The notes beneath the pieces were generated by a model, which was not told where the DNA came from, ran no database searches, and saw nothing but the letters and a program-made list of their open reading frames with translations. A DNA stretch of 32,000 nucleotides. It comes from Synechococcus sp. A15-24. GTDB taxonomy: Bacteria; Cyanobacteriota; Cyanobacteriia; PCC-6307; Cyanobiaceae. The stretch is taken from the NCBI RefSeq assembly GCF_014280195.1, contig NZ_CP047960.1, forward strand, positions 2,070,001 through 2,102,000. Direction: 5' to 3'. Positions 27,593 to 32,000 of the stretch are shown piece after piece. The translations under genes and the position numbers were made by a program. How positions within the stretch are numbered: the stretch's first letter is position 1; each line of letters opens with the position of its first letter.

Positions 27593-27616
27593 AAAAAACC
27601 GGCCCCTGGGGACCGG
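27593..27616 (-). terminator. Intrinsic terminator downstream of rplL
   Basis: The minus strand reads CCGGTCCCCAGGGGCCGG followed by TTTTTTG (plus-strand A-run 27593-27598). It lies 50 nt after the rplL stop. Confidence 0.7.
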
Positions 27617-27667
27617 CTTGGTTTTGCGGAAGAAGTGAATCGGGCCGGTGAAATCAGCCCGAACAGG

Positions 27668-28063
27668 TCACTTGAGGGTGACCTTGCCGCCCACTTCTTC
27701 GATCTCTTTCTTGAGAGCTTCGGCTTCGTCCTTGGAGATGCCTTCCTTGATGGGCTTGGGAGCAGCTTCCACCAGAGCCTTGGCATCGCCAAGGCCCAGG
27801 CCGGTGGCGTTGCGCACAGCCTTGAGCACCTTGATTTTGGCTGCGGCGTCGAAACTTTCGAGGATGACGTCGAATTCGGTCTTTTCCTCGGCGGCTTCAC
27901 CACCACCACCGCCGGCAGCAGCGCCAGGGGCAGCCATCACGACGCCGGCGGACGCAGCGGCGGACACACCGAAAGCTTCCTCGATCTGCTTGACCAGCTC
28001 GGAAGCTTCCAGCAGAGAAAGGGACTTCAGTGATTCGAGAATTTCGTCGGTTTTTGCAGACAT
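27668..28063 (-). CDS. rplL: 50S ribosomal protein L7/L12
   Basis: 131 aa. '[25 protein letters not shown]', an Ala/Gly-rich hinge, and '[20 protein letters not shown]'. Confidence 0.97.
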   Translation of the reverse strand: MSAKTDEILESLKSLSLLEASELVKQIEEAFGVSAAASAGVVMAAPGAAAGGGGGEAAEEKTEFDVILESFDAAAKIKVLKAVRNATGLGLGDAKALVEAAPKPIKEGISKDEAEALKKEIEEVGGKVTLK

Positions 28064-28119
28064 GGTTGTGAATGAAGAAGCAACAGATCAGTGAAACCAG
28101 TGATGTCGGCAGAGAGTGC

Positions 28120-28647
28120 TCAGCTGTCGCCGCCTTCGGCGTGCTGCTTGAGCGCCCGCGCGAGACCGGAGGGAACCTCGTTGATGCCCACAGCAACCTT
28201 GGTGGCCACAGCGTTGATCGCACCGGCGATCTGAGCCATGAGCTGCTCTTTGGAAGGGAGATCGGCAATAGCCTTGATCTCGTCCTGGGACAGCAGCTTG
28301 CCTTCGAAAAGGCCGCCTTTGGTTTCGGACTTCTTGGTCTCCTTCTGGAAGGCCTGAACGGCCTTCACACCGGCACCGACATCGCCCTTGATCAGGACGA
28401 AGGCATTGGTGCCTGTCAGAAGAGAGTCGAGATTCGACCAGGCGCTATCACCATCAATTGCACGGCGCATCAAGGTGTTTTTGGTCACCTTGCACACCGC
28501 ATTGCCAGCCCGCAGACGATCCCGCAGGTCGGAAATTTCCTTGATGGAGAGGCCCTTGTAATCAAGAACCAGCGCCAGTTCGGACTCGGCGAGGAGCTCC
28601 TTGAGCTCTCCGACGATCTGCTGCTTGCTCTCCAGCGTGCGGCCCAT
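28120..28647 (-). CDS. rplJ: 50S ribosomal protein L10
   Basis: 175 aa, '[16 protein letters not shown]..', directly upstream of rplL. Confidence 0.95.
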   Translation of the reverse strand: MGRTLESKQQIVGELKELLAESELALVLDYKGLSIKEISDLRDRLRAGNAVCKVTKNTLMRRAIDGDSAWSNLDSLLTGTNAFVLIKGDVGAGVKAVQAFQKETKKSETKGGLFEGKLLSQDEIKAIADLPSKEQLMAQIAGAINAVATKVAVGINEVPSGLARALKQHAEGGDS

Positions 28648-28648
28648 A

Positions 28649-28737
28649 GGGATTGGATCGGATCGAGGGGGAACAAGCTGGACACACGGCCGATCGAGTC
28701 TTCAGAAGAAGACGAGGCCGCGTGTCGATCCAATCCC
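28649..28737 (-). promoter_or_regulatory. Structured rplJ 5' leader (L10-leader-like autoregulatory helix)
   Basis: A perfect 12-bp inverted repeat, GGGATTGGATCG (28649-28660) / CGATCCAATCCC (28726-28737), encloses a second helix, GACACACGGCC (28681-28691) / GGCCGCGTGTC (28716-28726, one mismatch). It lies immediately upstream of the rplJ ATG (28647). Confidence 0.5.
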
Positions 28738-28886
28738 GAATGGGACAAAAATCATGTTGCGTCTGCCTCGGCAGGGATTACATCAGCTGGCCCGTAAGAA
28801 ACGGGCCAATAGAAACCCTGCTGTCTCAGGCCGGGCGCGTGCCCGGTTTGGCTTTCGCCAATTTTGAATTGTAGAGGAGAGCCTGC

Positions 28887-29594
28887 TCAGCTCCCCTGCT
28901 CAATGTCCTGCAGTGCGGAGAAATCCACTTCCACGGATGGGCCCATGGTGGACGTCACATAGAGAGACTTCCAGTAGCGGCCCTTGGCACCGCTGGGCTT
29001 GTTGCGGTCGATGGTCTCCTGCAGGGTCTTGAGGTTCTGCAACAGAGCCTCGGCAGTGAAGCTCGCCTTGCCGAATCGGACGTGGACGATACCCGTGCGG
29101 TCAGCTCGGAATTCCAGTTTGCCGGCCTTGAATTCTTGGATGGCTCCAGCCAGATCGGTGGTGACCGTTCCGGCCTTGGGGTTCGGCATCAGGCCCCGGG
29201 GACCGAGGACACGACCCAGTTTGGCCACCTTCGGCATCATGTCCGGAGTGGCGATCAACAGGTCGAACTCCATCTCGCCTTTGGCGATGGTCTCCACCAG
29301 ATCTTCATCACCTGCCAGTTCGGCCCCGGCGGCCTTGGCTTCGGCAACCTTCTCACCACGGGTCACCACCGCGATGCGAACGGTCTGGCCAGTGCCATTG
29401 GGCAACGCCACGGTGGTACGCAGCTGCTGGTCGGTGTACTTGGGATCGATGCCGAGGCGCACGTGGGCCTCCATCGTTTCGTCGAACTTGGCGGTGGCGT
29501 TGTCCTTCACCAGGGCAATCGCCTCGAGGGGTTCGTAGATGCGATCCTCGATCTTGCTGGCAAGACCTGCCAGTCGCTTAGAGAGTTTGGGCAT
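28887..29594 (-). CDS. rplA: 50S ribosomal protein L1
   Basis: 235 aa. '[16 protein letters not shown]', '[15 protein letters not shown]'. Confidence 0.97.
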   Translation of the reverse strand: MPKLSKRLAGLASKIEDRIYEPLEAIALVKDNATAKFDETMEAHVRLGIDPKYTDQQLRTTVALPNGTGQTVRIAVVTRGEKVAEAKAAGAELAGDEDLVETIAKGEMEFDLLIATPDMMPKVAKLGRVLGPRGLMPNPKAGTVTTDLAGAIQEFKAGKLEFRADRTGIVHVRFGKASFTAEALLQNLKTLQETIDRNKPSGAKGRYWKSLYVTSTMGPSVEVDFSALQDIEQGS

Positions 29595-29665
29595 AACAGG
29601 AGTGGGGTACGGACGACATCAGCGATGTCTCCCCCGGTAAGGGTTGAAGAATGAAGCGGCGACGA

Positions 29666-30091
29666 TCAGTTGCTGATGGACACGCCCATGTTGCGGGCGG
29701 TGCCTTCGATGATCCGCATCGCGGACTCAACACTGGTGCAGTTGAGATCGGGAAGCTTGGTTTTGGCGATCTCCTCGAGCTGAGCCCGGTTGATCGATCC
29801 AACGCTGCCCTTAGCGGACTCGCCGGAACCTTTCTCGATCTTGGCGGCCTTGGTGATCAGCACCGACGCCGGGGGTGTCTTGGTGATGAAGGTGAAGCTG
29901 CGGTCTTCATAGACCGAGATCTCCACCGGAATCACAAAACCGGCTTTGTCCTGCGTCCGAGCGTTGTACTCCTTGCAGAACATCATGATGTTCACACCGT
30001 GCTGACCGAGGGCAGGGCCCACCGGCGGCGCGGGGTTGGCTTTGCCGGCCTGGAGGGCCAGCTTGATAACAGCGGTGACTTTCTTGGCCAT
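29666..30091 (-). CDS. rplK: 50S ribosomal protein L11
   Basis: 141 aa. '[34 protein letters not shown]'. Confidence 0.97.
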   Translation of the reverse strand: MAKKVTAVIKLALQAGKANPAPPVGPALGQHGVNIMMFCKEYNARTQDKAGFVIPVEISVYEDRSFTFITKTPPASVLITKAAKIEKGSGESAKGSVGSINRAQLEEIAKTKLPDLNCTSVESAMRIIEGTARNMGVSISN

Positions 30092-30198
30092 TGACGAACG
30101 GCTTTTGACTTCTGCGGATCACCAGGCCCGTGGGCAGGGTGGGGCAGGGTGAAAATCACCCCTCAGGCCGCCCTCCACAGGGAAGCGGCCGCCCGTAG

Positions 30199-30867
30199 TC
30201 AGTTCTGCTTGGAGATCTGAGAGAACTCCAGTTCCACCGGGGTCTCCCGACCAAAGATGGACAACAGGGCCTTGAGCTTGTTGCGTTCGCCGGAGACCTC
30301 GATCACCTCACCCTGGAAGTCCTTGAACGGACCAGCGGTCACCAGGATCTGATCGCCTTCGGTGAGATCAACCTTGACGACGGTTTTCTTCTCGGCAGCA
30401 CGTTTGAAGATCCGGTCCACCTCGGCGCGGCTGAGGGGGCGTGGCTTGATATGGCCCCGAGCCTTACCGGCGGCGCGCCGGTCTTCCGCCCCAACGAAGT
30501 TGATCACGTTCGGTGTGCTGCGGACGGCCATCATCGTGTCCTCATCGAGCACCATCCGCACAAGCACATAGCCGGGGAACACCTTCTCCTCGGTGGACTG
30601 ACGGGAACCGTCCTTCTTCACCTTGACCGCAGGGGTCTGCGGAATCTCAATCTCGAGGATGCGCTTGCTCACCCCCAAGGTGATCGCCCGCTGCTCCAGG
30701 GTCGCCTTCACCTTTTTCTCGCAGCTGGAGGCCACCTGCACGGCGTACCAACGGGCAATTGCCGTGTTGGCGGACGGCGCATCCGAGAGTGTGCCCTCCT
30801 CACCCTCATTCGGGGCCGGCAGGTCGAGCACCTCGGCGGGGTCCGTTGTGGTCAGATCGTCGGGCAC
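30199..30867 (-). CDS. nusG: Transcription termination/antitermination factor NusG
   Basis: 'RWYAVQV.S..EKKV', KOW region 'GD.I.V..GPFKDF.G.V.EV'. The ORF-track start (30939) is a TTG inside secE. The GTG at 30865-30867, 20 nt after the secE stop, is preferred. The start is uncertain. Confidence 0.85.
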   Translation of the reverse strand: MPDDLTTTDPAEVLDLPAPNEGEEGTLSDAPSANTAIARWYAVQVASSCEKKVKATLEQRAITLGVSKRILEIEIPQTPAVKVKKDGSRQSTEEKVFPGYVLVRMVLDEDTMMAVRSTPNVINFVGAEDRRAAGKARGHIKPRPLSRAEVDRIFKRAAEKKTVVKVDLTEGDQILVTAGPFKDFQGEVIEVSGERNKLKALLSIFGRETPVELEFSQISKQN

Positions 30868-30886
30868 GGCTGAAAAGGGGTGCGGA

Positions 30887-31129
30887 TCAGCGGAACACCT
30901 GGGATGACGCCCATCCGAAGAAGCGACTGACCGCGGCAATGCCGGCGGCCGACAAGCTCACCATCAGAATTACAGCGATCGATTCGCTGAACAGCTGCTG
31001 ACGGCTGGGCCAGACCACAAGCTTGAGTTCGTCGACCGTGGCCGGCAGAAAACCGCGAGGGGCGGCGGGTTCTGCGGGTGTGGCATCAGGACTCTTGGTT
31101 GAGGTGTCCTCGGAAATCGGGCTGGTCAC
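30887..31129 (-). CDS. secE: Preprotein translocase subunit SecE
   Basis: 'ELK.VVWPSR.QL..ES..V' followed by a single TM helix, in the conserved position upstream of nusG. The start is either GTG at 31127-31129 or TTG at 31175-31177. Confidence 0.8.
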   Translation of the reverse strand: MTSPISEDTSTKSPDATPAEPAAPRGFLPATVDELKLVVWPSRQQLFSESIAVILMVSLSAAGIAAVSRFFGWASSQVFR

Positions 31130-31203
31130 GGAAGGGGGACCGGGTGTTGACAGGGATGCCGGCAGGCACACTGCCAAACAAACACCTTACTGGATGCCCC
31201 TGC

Positions 31204-32000
31204 TTACTCCAGGGGCTCAAACACCAGCGACGGGCCGTCGTCTGCTCCGCAAATAACACGGATGCCCCGCGCCGAACGGAAACGCTCCTCCAGCAGTTGC
31301 GTCGCCAGTGGGTTTTCCAGCTGACGCCGCAGCACCCGCCGCAACGGTCGGGCGCCGTACTCCGGCTCATGGCCCTGTCGGGCCAGGGAGTCCGCCACCG
31401 CATCGTCCACCTCCAGCGACAGACCTTGTTCAGCCATAAGTGAGGAGAGATCAGCCAACTGCAGGCGCACGATCCGCACCAGATCCTTCACCTCCAAGGG
31501 TCGGAAACGGATCACTTCATCAATGCGATTGAGGAATTCCGGGCGGAACTGACTGGACAAGGCCGCATCCACCTGCTGCTGCAGCTGGGCGTCATCACTG
31601 CAGCCGGAACGGGCGTGTTCAAGGATCACCGGACTGGCCAGGTTGCTAGTCATCACCACCACGGTGTGGCGGAAATCAACGGTCCGTCCCTGGGAATCGG
31701 TGAGGCGTCCATCGTCGAGAACCTGCAACAGCAGATTGAAAACATCCGGGTGAGCCTTTTCCACCTCATCCAGCAGCAGCACGGCATAGGGACGCCTACG
31801 CACCGCCTCGGTGAGCTGTCCCCCCTCCTCGTATCCGACATAGCCCGGTGGTGCACCGATCAGGCGCGCGGAGGCATTGCGCTCCATGAACTCGCTCATA
31901 TCGAGGCGCACCAGCGCCTCCTCCTCATCGAAAAGGGAGGAGGCCAGCGCTTTGGCCAGCTCGGTTTTGCCGACCCCCGTCGGGCCAAGGAACAGGAACG
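31204..32000 (-). CDS. clpB: ATP-dependent chaperone ClpB (C-terminal part; 5' end outside the window)
   Basis: The frame stays open to the window edge. It encodes the second AAA+ module ('[15 protein letters not shown]', '[31 protein letters not shown]') and 'GARPL.R'. The family is clear. ClpB rather than ClpC is inferred from the C-terminus. Confidence 0.8.
   Translation of the reverse strand, partial: FLFLGPTGVGKTELAKALASSLFDEEEALVRLDMSEFMERNASARLIGAPPGYVGYEEGGQLTEAVRRRPYAVLLLDEVEKAHPDVFNLLLQVLDDGRLTDSQGRTVDFRHTVVVMTSNLASPVILEHARSGCSDDAQLQQQVDAALSSQFRPEFLNRIDEVIRFRPLEVKDLVRIVRLQLADLSSLMAEQGLSLEVDDAVADSLARQGHEPEYGARPLRRVLRRQLENPLATQLLEERFRSARGIRVICGADDGPSLVFEPLE

Overview
High-GC (about 60% in the lines I counted) chromosomal segment. 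Gene content and order look like core genome of a marine picocyanobacterium (Synechococcus/Cyanobium-like). That assignment is an inference from content, not a database hit. The genes are clpB-secE-nusG-rplK-rplA-rplJ-rplL, DUF3747, rnhA, pyrD, cobD, murG, pgk, usp-rbgA-rluD, a duplicated ABC ATPase, spoT, DUF2062, mnmE, a nucleobase-type permease, nadC, argS, a hisC-like aminotransferase and an asparaginase. Most long ORFs antisense to these genes are high-GC shadow ORFs.

Two low-GC (about 40%) patches interrupt the core.

(1) 6641-9618 is a ~3 kb island bounded by a perfect 13-bp direct repeat (ATTTGCCAATGCA). The repeat duplicates the last codons and stop of mnmE. The island carries one cargo gene (7058-9184) and no recombinase. 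The cargo is a 708-aa, very acidic, cysteine-free protein without a signal peptide. It consists of five ~130-aa tandem modules, each ending in a DxNGDG-type (Ca-binding-like) loop. I cannot place the module in a named family. This is the best candidate for something new.

(2) About 23600-24700 holds the decayed C-terminal half of a PilQ/GspD-type secretin. It is N-terminally truncated, frameshifted by an exact 13-bp tandem duplication, and lacks its own stop, so it reads in frame into cobD.

Other points of interest:
- An exact match to the Yfr1 sRNA signature (ACUCCUCACAC, minus strand) lies in a terminator-bounded spacer next to rplL.
- A long-range helix lies in the rplJ leader.
- The conserved MnmE N-terminus is encoded upstream of any canonical start codon.
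- Two operons are coupled by 4-nt start/stop overlaps.

No rRNA, tRNA, CRISPR array, transposase or integrase was recognised.
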